From Bacteroidales bacterium (lineage in GTDB: Bacteria > Bacteroidota > Bacteroidia > Bacteroidales > WCHB1-69), in the NCBI GenBank assembly GCA_038240835.1, contig JBBRGJ010000003.1, positions 1-52,400 on the forward strand: 52,400 bases of DNA, read 5' to 3'. Numbering within the stretch: the first letter of the stretch is position 1; each line of letters starts with the position of its first letter. The position numbers and the translations under genes were made by a program. This document shows positions 27,772 through 37,336 of this stretch, in pieces. Under the pieces are notes generated by a model. The model worked only from the letters and a program-made list of their open reading frames with translations. It ran no database searches and was not told the origin of the DNA.

Positions 27772-27946
27772 GCATCCCACAATTTTAGAAGAGGAAGAGA
27801 AGATTGAGTTACTTCACTACTCTGCGGATATGTGATAGGATTTTTAGACTTGATTATTTCACAAGAACATCCATAACGGAACAAAAAAAAAAAAAAAATC
27901 ATTCATCGGATTATCAAATAGTTGCTCAACAAATAAGTTCAAAAAC

Positions 27947-28081
27947 AACATGATGAAGACCATTTTAAAAGTCCTAAGGAAGAACTTTTAAAATGGTCTT
28001 AAAGTGTTATTTTAAAAAAAAATCTGAGTTTAAACTATTTAATTGGAGATTTTAGGAGACGTATTCAATGGCATCTTTTAC
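27947..28081. repeat. Direct repeat copy 2 (135 bp): native pyk 3' end and 3' UTR
   Basis: Contains the last codons of pyk (KDAIEYVS*) and a perfect 17-bp hairpin. Confidence 0.92.
27956..28000 (-). terminator. pyk 3' hairpin, probable terminator
   Basis: AAGACCATTTTAAAAGT-N11-ACTTTTAAAATGGTCTT, a perfect 17-bp stem. Confidence 0.6.
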
Positions 28082-29470
28082 GTTAATAATTTCGACGAAT
28101 GAAGGTCCAACTTTGCGACCGAAATTACCGGCTAAAATCACAATATTATCTTCTGGTTGAAGTTTCTCTTTGCTAAGCAATACTTTGAGGGTCTCTTTTC
28201 TGAAATCTGTTTTAGAAGTCTCCTCGTCCATATACTCCGCAGTTACACCATATACAATTCCCAATTCACGTTTGGTTCTGCGGTCGTAACATTGGGCAAA
28301 AATTTGCTTATTGCCTCTAAAAGCGGAAATATAACGAGCCGTTTTCCCCGTGTGAGTATCACAAATTATTACCTTAACATCCAATTTGTCAATCGAGCGC
28401 ACCGCAGTTTTGGCTAAAAAACCAGAAATTTCATTATCGATAGGCAATATCTTTTTATCTTTAATAAACCCTCTACTCTTCTCAACTTCTTTTGCCACTT
28501 TGGTCATAAACTGCACCGCTTCAACAGGATATTTCCCATAAGCCGTTTCGCCACTCAACATAATCGCATCGGTGCCCACATAACAAGCATTTGCAATATC
28601 TGCCGCTTCTGCTCTGGTTGGACGAGGATTATCTATCATAGAGTGCAACATCTGAGTTGCCACAATGACAGCTTTTCTATTGTGAATACATTTGTTAATA
28701 AGTTGTCGTTGAATAACAGGAATTCTCTCCGCATCAATTTCCACTCCTAAGTCGCCACGAGCAACCATTATCCCATACACCAATGGTAATATTTCATCTA
28801 TTTTATCAACTCCCTCTTGATTTTCTATTTTGGCAATAATCTTAGTCCGTGCAGAATATTTATCTATTTCCGCTTGAATTGCTCGAACATCCTGAGCGTT
28901 TCTCACAAATGAGTGTGCAATAAAAGCGATGTCGTGGTCGGCAGCAAATTTCACAAACTCCTTGTCTTTTTCACTCACCGATGGAAGTTTCAAATCCACA
29001 CCAGGAACATTGATGCTCTTTTTAGGCTTCACTATTCCATTGTTTTCAGCGCGACAAATAAGAAAATCATCGTTTTGCTCAATCACCGCAAACGCGGTTT
29101 CGCCATCATCAATTAGCACTTTGCATCCCACAGAAATATGTTTACAAAAATCAACATAATTCACATACATTACCTTTTCGTTGATTACCTTATTCACATC
29201 GTTCTCGATACGAATGAAATCGCCCATAACAACATCAAAAGGAATTGTTTTCACCGAAGTACGAACTTCTGGACCTTTGGTATCGATAATAATTGGAATT
29301 TCATCAGAAACCATTCTAATATTATTTACCACATTTATGGCCGTTGTAATATCTTGATGTGCAGTATTTATCCTTACAGCGTTCATTCCTGCATCAATAA
29401 GTTCTTTAATAAACTCAGGGCTACACTTATAATCAGCGATTGTAGCGACTATTTTGGTTAATTTTTCCAT
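28052..29470 (-). CDS. pyk: Pyruvate kinase
   Basis: TKIVATI, RINTAH, DTKGPEVRT, AKIEN, MVARGDLGVE, ATQMLHSM, PRPTRAE, MLSGETA. Confidence 0.97.
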   Translation of the reverse strand: MEKLTKIVATIADYKCSPEFIKELIDAGMNAVRINTAHQDITTAINVVNNIRMVSDEIPIIIDTKGPEVRTSVKTIPFDVVMGDFIRIENDVNKVINEKVMYVNYVDFCKHISVGCKVLIDDGETAFAVIEQNDDFLICRAENNGIVKPKKSINVPGVDLKLPSVSEKDKEFVKFAADHDIAFIAHSFVRNAQDVRAIQAEIDKYSARTKIIAKIENQEGVDKIDEILPLVYGIMVARGDLGVEIDAERIPVIQRQLINKCIHNRKAVIVATQMLHSMIDNPRPTRAEAADIANACYVGTDAIMLSGETAYGKYPVEAVQFMTKVAKEVEKSRGFIKDKKILPIDNEISGFLAKTAVRSIDKLDVKVIICDTHTGKTARYISAFRGNKQIFAQCYDRRTKRELGIVYGVTAEYMDEETSKTDFRKETLKVLLSKEKLQPEDNIVILAGNFGRKVGPSFVEIINVKDAIEYVS

Positions 29471-29484
29471 AAAATCAAACTGTT

Positions 29485-30486
29485 TTAAATTAAAGTATCA
29501 CACAATTTTCTCAATTCCAGCTCTTGTGGTTTTCCCTCGTATAAAATACGGTAAACGGCTTCGATGATTGGAATTTCAGCATTTATCTCCTTATTAATTT
29601 CGTGCATACAATGAGTGGCATAATACCCTTCGGCCACCATGTTCATCTCTAATTGTACCGTAGCTACCGAATATCCTTGACCAATCATGTTTCCAAAAGT
29701 TCTATTTCTGCTATATTGAGAGTATGAAGTCACCAATAAATCGCCCAAATAGACAGAATCATACAAATTCCGTTTTAATGGATACATTTCGTTGATAAAA
29801 TGCTCCATCTCCCTTGCACAATTCGCAATAAATGCAGCAATAAAATTATCGCCGTAACCCATTCCTTTATAAATTCCACAGGCAAGCGCATATATATTTT
29901 TAATTACAGCGGCATATTCAGTTCCGTAAATATCATTGGAGACATTGGTAATCACATATTTACATCTGAACATATCTGCTACAATCGAAGCCAAATCAGG
30001 ATTTTGCGATGTACTGGTTAAATAAGTAAGCTTTTCGGAAGCAATCTCTTCAGCATGCGATGGACCGCTTATAATGGCAATATTATTAACATCCACATCA
30101 AACTCGTCCATCAAATAATCGGCGACTATTTCCATCTTTTCCGGAACAATCCCTTTTACGGCAGATACAAACTTTTTACCCCTTAACATCTCCTTTGTTA
30201 GCGGCTGTAAGGATTTACTAACAAAAGCTGCAGGTACAACCAAAATGATGTAATCACATTTAGCGACTAATTTTCTGATATCAGTATGTATTTTTACTCT
30301 CTTAGGATCAATTCTTGTCGAACTCAAATATCTGGTATTATAACCAGTATGAGCAACCGATTCAGCAATATCTTCTTCTCTTATCCACCAATGTATTGGA
30401 TGAGTATTTGTCGCTAAGATTTTCACAATGGCAGTCGCCCAACTACCACTTCCTAAAACCCCAATTGTTAATTCATTGCGTACCAT
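29485..30486 (-). CDS. gpsA: NAD(P)H-dependent glycerol-3-phosphate dehydrogenase
   Basis: GSGSWATA, SAVKG, SGPSHAEE, KNIYA, GDLLVT..SRNR, VAEG; start ATG 30486. Confidence 0.95.
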   Translation of the reverse strand: MVRNELTIGVLGSGSWATAIVKILATNTHPIHWWIREEDIAESVAHTGYNTRYLSSTRIDPKRVKIHTDIRKLVAKCDYIILVVPAAFVSKSLQPLTKEMLRGKKFVSAVKGIVPEKMEIVADYLMDEFDVDVNNIAIISGPSHAEEIASEKLTYLTSTSQNPDLASIVADMFRCKYVITNVSNDIYGTEYAAVIKNIYALACGIYKGMGYGDNFIAAFIANCAREMEHFINEMYPLKRNLYDSVYLGDLLVTSYSQYSRNRTFGNMIGQGYSVATVQLEMNMVAEGYYATHCMHEINKEINAEIPIIEAVYRILYEGKPQELELRKLCDTLI

Positions 30487-30505
30487 GTTGTATTCTTTTT
30501 TTATG

Positions 30506-30596
30506 CAAAAGTACACCTTTTTGGCATAATACAACACCATTAAGTTCGGTTTACTAATCAATTATGGGCTCGTCTCGCTTTTTTTGACTACTTTTG
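30506..30596. promoter_or_regulatory. Divergent -7 boxes TACTTTTG (minus, 30506-30513; plus, 30589-30596)
   Basis: Each lies about 20 nt upstream of the gpsA or helicase start. Confidence 0.55.
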
Positions 30597-30614
30597 CAAA
30601 AAATATCATTTACG

Positions 30615-31949
30615 ATGAACGGTTTTTACAACTTAAACCTCAACAAGGCACTTATTAATGCCATCGAAGAAATTGGCATTAATGAACCAACGCCAATTCA
30701 AGAACAATCTTTTTCAGTAATCATGTCGGGAAAAGACGTGTTAGGGATTGCTCAAACAGGAACTGGCAAGACTTATGCTTACCTTCTCCCCTGCTTGCGT
30801 CAATGGAAATTTACCGGCAACGGAAATCCTCAAATACTCATCCTTGTCCCCACTAGAGAGCTTGTGGTTCAAGTTGTTCAAGAAGTTGAGAAACTTACAA
30901 AATACATGTCTGTTGTAACAGTGGGCGTTTATGGCGGAGTAAACATCAATACTCAATCCGACAGAGTTATCCAAGGAATGGACGTATTGGTAGCTACTCC
31001 AGGGCGACTTTTTGACCTTATTATGCGAGGAGCGTTAAGATTAAAATCCATCAAAAAATTAATCATCGATGAAGTTGATGAGATGTTAGACCTTGGTTTT
31101 AGACCTCAACTTACTTCTATTTTTGATTTACTCCCAGACAAACGTCAAAACATCATGTTTTCGGCCACTATGACCAAAGAGATTGATGTATTGATTAAAA
31201 CATATTTCAAGGATTTACAACGAGTTCAGGTTGCCGAAGTTGGATCTCCGTTGGAAAACATTGAGCAAACAGGCTATAAACTTCCCAATTACAATACGAA
31301 ACTTAACCTGCTTGAACTCATATTGAAAGACAGTTTGATGACCAAGGTACTAATCTTTGCATCGACTAAAAAATCGGCAGATGCACTTGCCGCAAGATTG
31401 GAGAAAAAATATCCAAATCAATCTACAGTTATCCACTCAAACAAAGCACAAAACAAACGTTTTAAAGCTGTCGAGGATTTCAACCAAGGGGATTTTCGAT
31501 TTTTAATTGCCACAGATATTCTTGCTCGTGGAATGGATATTTCTGATATTTCGCATGTGATAAATTTTGACATGCCCGAAATTCCAGAAGATTATATCCA
31601 TCGTATCGGTCGAACCGGTAGAGCAGAAAAAGCAGGTCAAGCAATCTCGTTAATGGTTCCGAAAGATGACGCCATGACCCTTGAGATTGAAAATTTGATG
31701 GATATGAAAATTCCAATTGTTGCCAATCCAGAGGACTTGAATATCTCATTTATTCTAACTGCTGACGAAAAACCTTTTGTCAAAATGAAAAACATTGTGG
31801 TAAAACAACCCAAGTTAGAAGAAAAAGGGGAAGCTTTTCATGAGAAAAAGGATAAAAACAAAAAAACAAACCAAAAAATCAGAAGAAAAGATGCCATGCA
31901 AATGAAATATGGCAAACCGAAAACCAGAGGGAATAAAGACAAGAACTAG
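30615..31949 (+). CDS. DEAD-box ATP-dependent RNA helicase
   Basis: PTPIQ, AQTGTGKT, PTREL, TPGRL, DEVD, SAT, ARGMD, YIHRIGRTGRA; basic tail. Confidence 0.95.
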   Translation: MNGFYNLNLNKALINAIEEIGINEPTPIQEQSFSVIMSGKDVLGIAQTGTGKTYAYLLPCLRQWKFTGNGNPQILILVPTRELVVQVVQEVEKLTKYMSVVTVGVYGGVNINTQSDRVIQGMDVLVATPGRLFDLIMRGALRLKSIKKLIIDEVDEMLDLGFRPQLTSIFDLLPDKRQNIMFSATMTKEIDVLIKTYFKDLQRVQVAEVGSPLENIEQTGYKLPNYNTKLNLLELILKDSLMTKVLIFASTKKSADALAARLEKKYPNQSTVIHSNKAQNKRFKAVEDFNQGDFRFLIATDILARGMDISDISHVINFDMPEIPEDYIHRIGRTGRAEKAGQAISLMVPKDDAMTLEIENLMDMKIPIVANPEDLNISFILTADEKPFVKMKNIVVKQPKLEEKGEAFHEKKDKNKKTNQKIRRKDAMQMKYGKPKTRGNKDKN

Positions 31950-31993
31950 GAGAAGAGTTATTAAGTCGAAAGTTTATAAAGTCTATAAAGCTC

Positions 31994-32173
31994 CGTCAAA
32001 ATTCAAAAAAAATATTTTTTGATTATTTGACGAGAGTCCTCGAAAAATAACAATCCGCCAGTTGACGGATTTATTTTTCGGGAGCGAAAGGTTATAAAGG
32101 CAAAAGTAGAAATCAACTTAAAATAAACAACAAGATTTTCTTCACACCCGGAATTTATCCCGCTTCGGCGGGA
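31994..32173. repeat. Cluster of intergenic palindromes (31994-32032, 32041-32080, 32150-32173)
   Basis: CGTCAAA..TTTGACG; CGAAAAATAA-C-AATCCGCCAGTTGACGGAT-TTATTTTTCG; GGAATTTATCCCGCTTCGGCGGGA. Confidence 0.6.
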
Positions 32174-32296
32174 GGGTTGGGGCAAATGAAGGAAATCAAC
32201 TCAAAAGAAATTACAGAAGCTAAAAACAAAGTTCTTAAACTGTCTTTACTTAATTCTTTTGAATTCCAGAGAATACAAATCTAATTTTATTTTTTT

Positions 32297-32653
32297 ATGA
32301 GAACAATCAGAGAAGAAGAGAAAAAAATAATTGAGTTTTTACTTACGATTAAAGGGTTTAACCATGCTGAATTCCCTATTTCAGAGTCTGTACATGAGTA
32401 CGAAGGCGGAGTAATGGGAAGCATCAGCATGCAAGATAGCGATGGCTCAAATTACAGTCACGACTTAATACAAGCCAAATACATCGACACCGATAATACT
32501 CCTGTGGTAATTACCTTAACATTGGATAAAGAGGGAAAACTTTTGGATTTAGATTTTTGGAAAGAGGATTTTTCAAAACTACTTTTGTATCCTACTCCAA
32601 GTCAATTAACCATTAATATTATTGGAAACGGATCGTTTGAAGCCCGTGTTTAA
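32297..32653 (+). CDS. Small acidic protein, DUF6984-like
   Basis: MRTIREEEK.IIEFLL, GGVMGSI, DTDNTPVVITL..D..G.LLDLDFWKEDFS pattern. Confidence 0.6.
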   Translation: MRTIREEEKKIIEFLLTIKGFNHAEFPISESVHEYEGGVMGSISMQDSDGSNYSHDLIQAKYIDTDNTPVVITLTLDKEGKLLDLDFWKEDFSKLLLYPTPSQLTINIIGNGSFEARV

Positions 32654-32682
32654 TTGACCAACACAAAACTTCGTTGATATTC

Positions 32683-32734
32683 AACATACTATAAAAAAAG
32701 CCTCAATTAATTGAGGCTTTTTTTATAGTATGTT
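32683..32734. terminator. Bidirectional terminator; perfect 52-bp palindrome
   Basis: AACATACTATAAAAAAAGCCTCAATT|AATTGAGGCTTTTTTTATAGTATGTT between convergent genes. Confidence 0.85.
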
Positions 32735-32756
32735 AGGAAATTAATTCCCTCAAAGC

Positions 32757-34691
32757 TTATTTTCTCTTTTGAGTTTTTTGTGCTTGTTGTTGCTGTTGTA
32801 CTTTGGCCATATCTTCTAGACGTTTGGACCAACCTGATTTTTTAACGGGTTTTAATTTGTTCAATTGGATTTTTGCATGAATTTTACTTTCATCTACAAA
32901 AAGTCTAAACAGCCACATTTGTAGGAATGTAATACAGTTAACCAAGAAATAGTAGTAACTCAAACCAGCGGCATAATTATTAAAGATTCCTAGGAACATG
33001 ATTGGCATCATATACATCATAATTTTCATGGTCTTGGCTTGTTGACCTGTACCAGTTGCCATCATATCATTATTTATTTTGGTATAAACCAAGGTAGCAA
33101 TGGTCATCAAGATGGTAAACAAACTGACATGATCGCCATAGAATGGAATTTTAAAACCAAGATCTAAAATGGAATCATAAGTAGACAAATCGGTTGCCCA
33201 TAAAAATGACTGTTGACGAAGTTCGATGGAAGAAGGGAAGAAACGGAACAGTGCTAACAAAATTGGCATCTGAAGCAACATTGGCAAACAACCCGACATT
33301 GGATTGGCACCCGCTTGCTTGTATAATGCCATGGTCGCAGATTGTTTTTTCATTGCATCTTCGCTTTTTGGATAACGAGCCGAAATCTCTTCTACTTCAG
33401 GCTTTAACACCCTCATTTTAGCTGAAGACATATAGGTTTTATATGCAATTGGCAATAAAACAATTTTCAATAAAATAGTCAGAATCAAGATGATAATTCC
33501 ATAATTCCATCCATATTGTTCCAACCAGTTGAATACTGGAAGAACAGCAAAACGGTTAATCCAAGCCATCGGAGCAAAACTCCATCCCAGTGGAATTTGG
33601 CGTTCAAGGTCTAATTTATACGAAGCTAATGTTTTATATTTTGTTGGACCAAAATACATAGACATCCCAAAATCAAAGTTCTTTAGCGAATTTGCTATTG
33701 GAATTTTAAAATCTGCAGTAAGGGTTTTTATTTTGTTCGGATTCTCTTCAAACGCCTTTGTGGAGATGACAGCGCTCTCAAAATTTGAATTAGCTATGAT
33801 TGTAGATGCAAAGAACTGTTGTTTAAACGACAACCATTTCACCTGAGTTGTAATCTCTTTTTTATCATCTTTTGTTTCTGAAAGATAATCTACCTCTTCG
33901 CTATCGCGATAATAAACAGTAGTTGAATTATTCTCGTTCTTAAAACTTTTTTCCAGTTTATTTATAGTAGATTGCCATTGGAATGCAAGAGAAGATGTAT
34001 TTCTATCGATATAATCATCCATATTCACCATACCCAAATTCATCCCAATCATATATTCATTTCCTTTGATGGTATACGAATACTCGATGTAACTAGAGGT
34101 ATTTTGAACACTATCTGCAGTAGGATAAATACGCATGGCAAATTGGAGGGAATCAGTTCCAGAAACTTTCATGTTCTTGCTTCCCACTTTCTCGTCTTTT
34201 GCACCTTTCCAAATTGGAACAAAGGTTAATTTCTGAGTTTCAACCAATTGGCGATTTGAGAAAAATGAGAATCCAAAAGAGTTGGTATCTCCAGAGAATA
34301 ACACCAATGGTCGTCCGTCAAATGTTTTCACATTTTTCAACTCTGCACCACAAACTCGACCTCCAATAGTGCTGAAAGTTAACTTTAACAAATCATTCTC
34401 TATGGTGTAAAATTCATTCTCAACAGATTTAGAAGCCGAAAAGAAACCCATATTTTGAGCACCATTGGCAGCAACGGCAGCAGTATCAACGGTTGCAGTA
34501 TCTTTTTTAGCAACAGCATCTACTTTTGCTAACGAATCACTTACGGCACTTTTTTGTTTCTCAACGAGTGCTATTGAATCTTGTTTTAACTTCTGTTGTT
34601 TGATCTCTTCATCGGATGGGGATTGCCAAATTGTAAAACCTATAAAGAGTGCGAAAATCATCACTAACCCTAATACTGTATTCTTATCCAT
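32757..34691 (-). CDS. yidC: Membrane protein insertase YidC
   Basis: MDKNTVLG, large periplasmic domain, NYGIIILILT, GCLPMLLQMPI, FLWATDLS. Confidence 0.95.
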   Translation of the reverse strand: MDKNTVLGLVMIFALFIGFTIWQSPSDEEIKQQKLKQDSIALVEKQKSAVSDSLAKVDAVAKKDTATVDTAAVAANGAQNMGFFSASKSVENEFYTIENDLLKLTFSTIGGRVCGAELKNVKTFDGRPLVLFSGDTNSFGFSFFSNRQLVETQKLTFVPIWKGAKDEKVGSKNMKVSGTDSLQFAMRIYPTADSVQNTSSYIEYSYTIKGNEYMIGMNLGMVNMDDYIDRNTSSLAFQWQSTINKLEKSFKNENNSTTVYYRDSEEVDYLSETKDDKKEITTQVKWLSFKQQFFASTIIANSNFESAVISTKAFEENPNKIKTLTADFKIPIANSLKNFDFGMSMYFGPTKYKTLASYKLDLERQIPLGWSFAPMAWINRFAVLPVFNWLEQYGWNYGIIILILTILLKIVLLPIAYKTYMSSAKMRVLKPEVEEISARYPKSEDAMKKQSATMALYKQAGANPMSGCLPMLLQMPILLALFRFFPSSIELRQQSFLWATDLSTYDSILDLGFKIPFYGDHVSLFTILMTIATLVYTKINNDMMATGTGQQAKTMKIMMYMMPIMFLGIFNNYAAGLSYYYFLVNCITFLQMWLFRLFVDESKIHAKIQLNKLKPVKKSGWSKRLEDMAKVQQQQQAQKTQKRK

Positions 34692-34712
34692 TTTTTATTA
34701 TTATATTTTTTG

Positions 34713-34720
34713 CAAAGATA
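34713..34720 (-). promoter_or_regulatory. Bacteroidota -7 box (TATCTTTG) for yidC
   Basis: TAnnTTTG about 22 nt upstream of the ATG. Confidence 0.55.
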
Positions 34721-34776
34721 GTTTTTTTTGTTTGAAAATCTAATCCAAAATCGGCGAAACACTCCAAAGTGGAGAC

Positions 34777-35925
34777 TTACTTCACCTTAATTCTTGTCAC
34801 CAATCCACTTTGAGGATCAATTTTAATTGATTTAACTCCTTTTGGGAAATAACGTACTACGCCAAATTGATGAATTGGAATTTGGAAAACAGTTGGCAAT
34901 CGTTGCCCATCTACATTTACGTAGACATTCGAAAGCATCGGATTGCGATAAGGAATTTGTTTCAATCTTTTGGCCGGAATAGTGTCTGTTACAACTGCTA
35001 AAACGGGCTCAATGGTAACAGTGAATTTGCTTGAAGATGGATCTGTTGAACTTATAATTCCATTGACATCCGAAAAATCGAAAAGAGAAATTGGCTTATT
35101 AATGTTCTCCGTGTTGGGGAGAACCACAAAACTTTTCTCATGATTCTCAAATTGCGAAATACCCATAAAAAGTCCCAGATAATCACTTTCCATCTTCAAC
35201 AATTGATCGTTCATATACTCCATCGTCTCCTTACTGTAAGGTATTTCTTGACTTGCAGCAATAAGTTCATATCGTTTCATGCGAAATTTCAAAATATAAT
35301 CGGCAGCTTCTACCGCTCTCTGTTCCACGGTTTTGGTGACTAAAGTGCGTGTAATAATTGGTTTAGACATCGTTACGGTATCCATTTTTACAATTTCGTA
35401 CACGGTATCAATTTTCTCAATTTGCGAAGCATCTGCATATAATTGGAAGAAATTCGGGTAATTGACATTCACATTCGTAAGACTCATACTTTCTGGCAAA
35501 AGTGTCGTCTCTTTTCCGTTCGATTTGCAATTAATGCTTTCTATCTCTCCTGACGAATTAAGTTCGTAAAAATCGTTACGTTTACGAAATAGAGGTTTCC
35601 TTTTGGTAATTAAAAACTGAAGAGAAGTATCTGGAACATTGATCGGTTCAATGGAGATATCAGAAATTCTATATCCAGTTTGATTGAACGCAATTACATT
35701 TTTCAACCCCAGTAATTTTTCGGCATACTCCGCAAAAGGACCTTTTACTTTAATCTCTTTCACGACGGTAACATTCACTTTAAGTGCCGTTTGTGGCAAA
35801 CTATACACCACTCCCTCTCTCTCTTTTGACGTTTTATTTGAATCAATTTTTACCGTTTTATACGTAGAACATTGCCAAATACCAAAAGGCAGAACCACTA
35901 TTGCTAATAACTTTACTATCTTCAT
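34777..35925 (-). CDS. DUF4831-like lipoprotein
   Basis: Signal ending WQC; GVVYSLPQT, GPFAEYAEKLLG, YLGLFMG, QFG motifs; ATG 35925, with -7 box TATTTTTG at 35946-35953. Confidence 0.7.
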   Translation of the reverse strand: MKIVKLLAIVVLPFGIWQCSTYKTVKIDSNKTSKEREGVVYSLPQTALKVNVTVVKEIKVKGPFAEYAEKLLGLKNVIAFNQTGYRISDISIEPINVPDTSLQFLITKRKPLFRKRNDFYELNSSGEIESINCKSNGKETTLLPESMSLTNVNVNYPNFFQLYADASQIEKIDTVYEIVKMDTVTMSKPIITRTLVTKTVEQRAVEAADYILKFRMKRYELIAASQEIPYSKETMEYMNDQLLKMESDYLGLFMGISQFENHEKSFVVLPNTENINKPISLFDFSDVNGIISSTDPSSSKFTVTIEPVLAVVTDTIPAKRLKQIPYRNPMLSNVYVNVDGQRLPTVFQIPIHQFGVVRYFPKGVKSIKIDPQSGLVTRIKVK

Positions 35926-36148
35926 TTTTTCATCTTTATTAATTGCAAAAATATGGATTTTTTGTGACATAAGAAATTCTAATGTAGACTATTTGGTCTA
36001 AATTACCCATAAATTTATGTTTTAAGTGACCTAAAGTATAGAAAATTGAATTTTAGAAGGAAGGTCAAAAAAACATTTTTCAGAAATCAGTTGTTGCCCG
36101 AAAAATACAGATTTCACCCTATTCAAAAAAACCAAAGACTGGGACAAA

Positions 36149-37336
36149 TTAGATATATTCGATGGAAACATCCTTTAAAAACTTGACTTCTAAAATACTC
36201 ACCACTTTTTTCACCACATTCCGTCTAATATCTAACTCTTTGGGCAAGGTTGGGTCCTGATGAGCTGTATTAATTCCAGTTCCGGTGATAAAGTGAATTT
36301 TATCGCTTTTAAAGAACAACCTTACTAATTCATCAGCAGGTCCGTTTCCCAATACCGAATCATTATTAAAATCCTCCATAATTTGAAACGCTTTACTCAA
36401 TGTCAAAATCCCTTCTGTAACAAGGTTAATACCATCCATATACGATATTGGAGGCAAATCGTAATCAACAATATCAAATCCCTGGCGATACATTAGCCCT
36501 AAGTTTTCGGAGATAATTTCGGCAGTAGTTCCTCCACAAATCACCTTTTTACCCTCGAATGCTTGAACTTTAACCGCCAATTGAGAATCTTTATCCCGAC
36601 TATACGGAGGTCCCGTAATTACCAACAATTTTCGTGGTTGACGGTAATAAACGACAGCGCAAGAAGTATCGTCTTGTGGTTTCCCATTGTCATTTCGAAG
36701 TGCAATAGAAACCATTTTTTTGGCCATTTCCATTGCCGAAATATAGGGATCTCGTTCGATGGATTTGTAAACAAAATTTTCCACATTCTCTTGCCCCCAT
36801 CCAAATGGATATTGACGAGTTCCCATGCCAGACTGTGTAATCCCATCCGACCAAAAGAAAATCCGATCTTCTTTTTGAGCTTGAAAAGAACATGCTCTAA
36901 CAACTTTTCCTTTATGAGTTTCACTCTCTAAAACGACATCGCGCCAGTTAGGATCAAAAGGTTTGATTCCTCTCATGATGATACAATTGGGATTATCATA
37001 CTCCACAATCTGAGTCGTTCCATCAAATTCAATATCGATAATGGTAAATGTGGAATAGCTCACTTTGCGAATGGAACAGACCGGCAACGTATCCATAATA
37101 ATTTCGGCCGTTTGACGGATGCTGCGATGTCCTTTCACAAAGTTCAAAGCCATAGAAGCAGTAAGTGTAGCCAAAACATTTGCTTTTACACCACTGCCCA
37201 TGCCATCACTCAGAACTGCAATGATTCGTTTTTCGTTTTTTATCCGATCAGACAAAAAAACATCACCACAAATCAACTGATCTTTGCATCTATTTTGTTC
37301 AACATCTACTTCAATATAAAACTTATCCTCTATCAT
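36149..37336 (-). CDS. SpoIIE/PP2C-family Ser/Thr phosphatase associated with [FeFe]-hydrogenases (HfsC-like)
   Basis: CGDVF, VLSDGMGSGVKAN, SDG, DDT; C-terminal GGTTA and DLVTEG-like/NTAHQ domain; overlaps the upstream gene by 4 nt. Confidence 0.88.
   Translation of the reverse strand: MIEDKFYIEVDVEQNRCKDQLICGDVFLSDRIKNEKRIIAVLSDGMGSGVKANVLATLTASMALNFVKGHRSIRQTAEIIMDTLPVCSIRKVSYSTFTIIDIEFDGTTQIVEYDNPNCIIMRGIKPFDPNWRDVVLESETHKGKVVRACSFQAQKEDRIFFWSDGITQSGMGTRQYPFGWGQENVENFVYKSIERDPYISAMEMAKKMVSIALRNDNGKPQDDTSCAVVYYRQPRKLLVITGPPYSRDKDSQLAVKVQAFEGKKVICGGTTAEIISENLGLMYRQGFDIVDYDLPPISYMDGINLVTEGILTLSKAFQIMEDFNNDSVLGNGPADELVRLFFKSDKIHFITGTGINTAHQDPTLPKELDIRRNVVKKVVSILEVKFLKDVSIEYI

Noticed and set aside
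27427-27902. ORFs 27427-27771 (+) and 27579-27902 (-)
   Set aside because: They run across the direct repeat, palindromes and A16 tract, have no protein-like motifs, and are better explained as chance open frames in a GC-rich structured element.
32003-32185. 60-aa minus-strand ORF
   Set aside because: Made up of intergenic palindromes; no coding signal.
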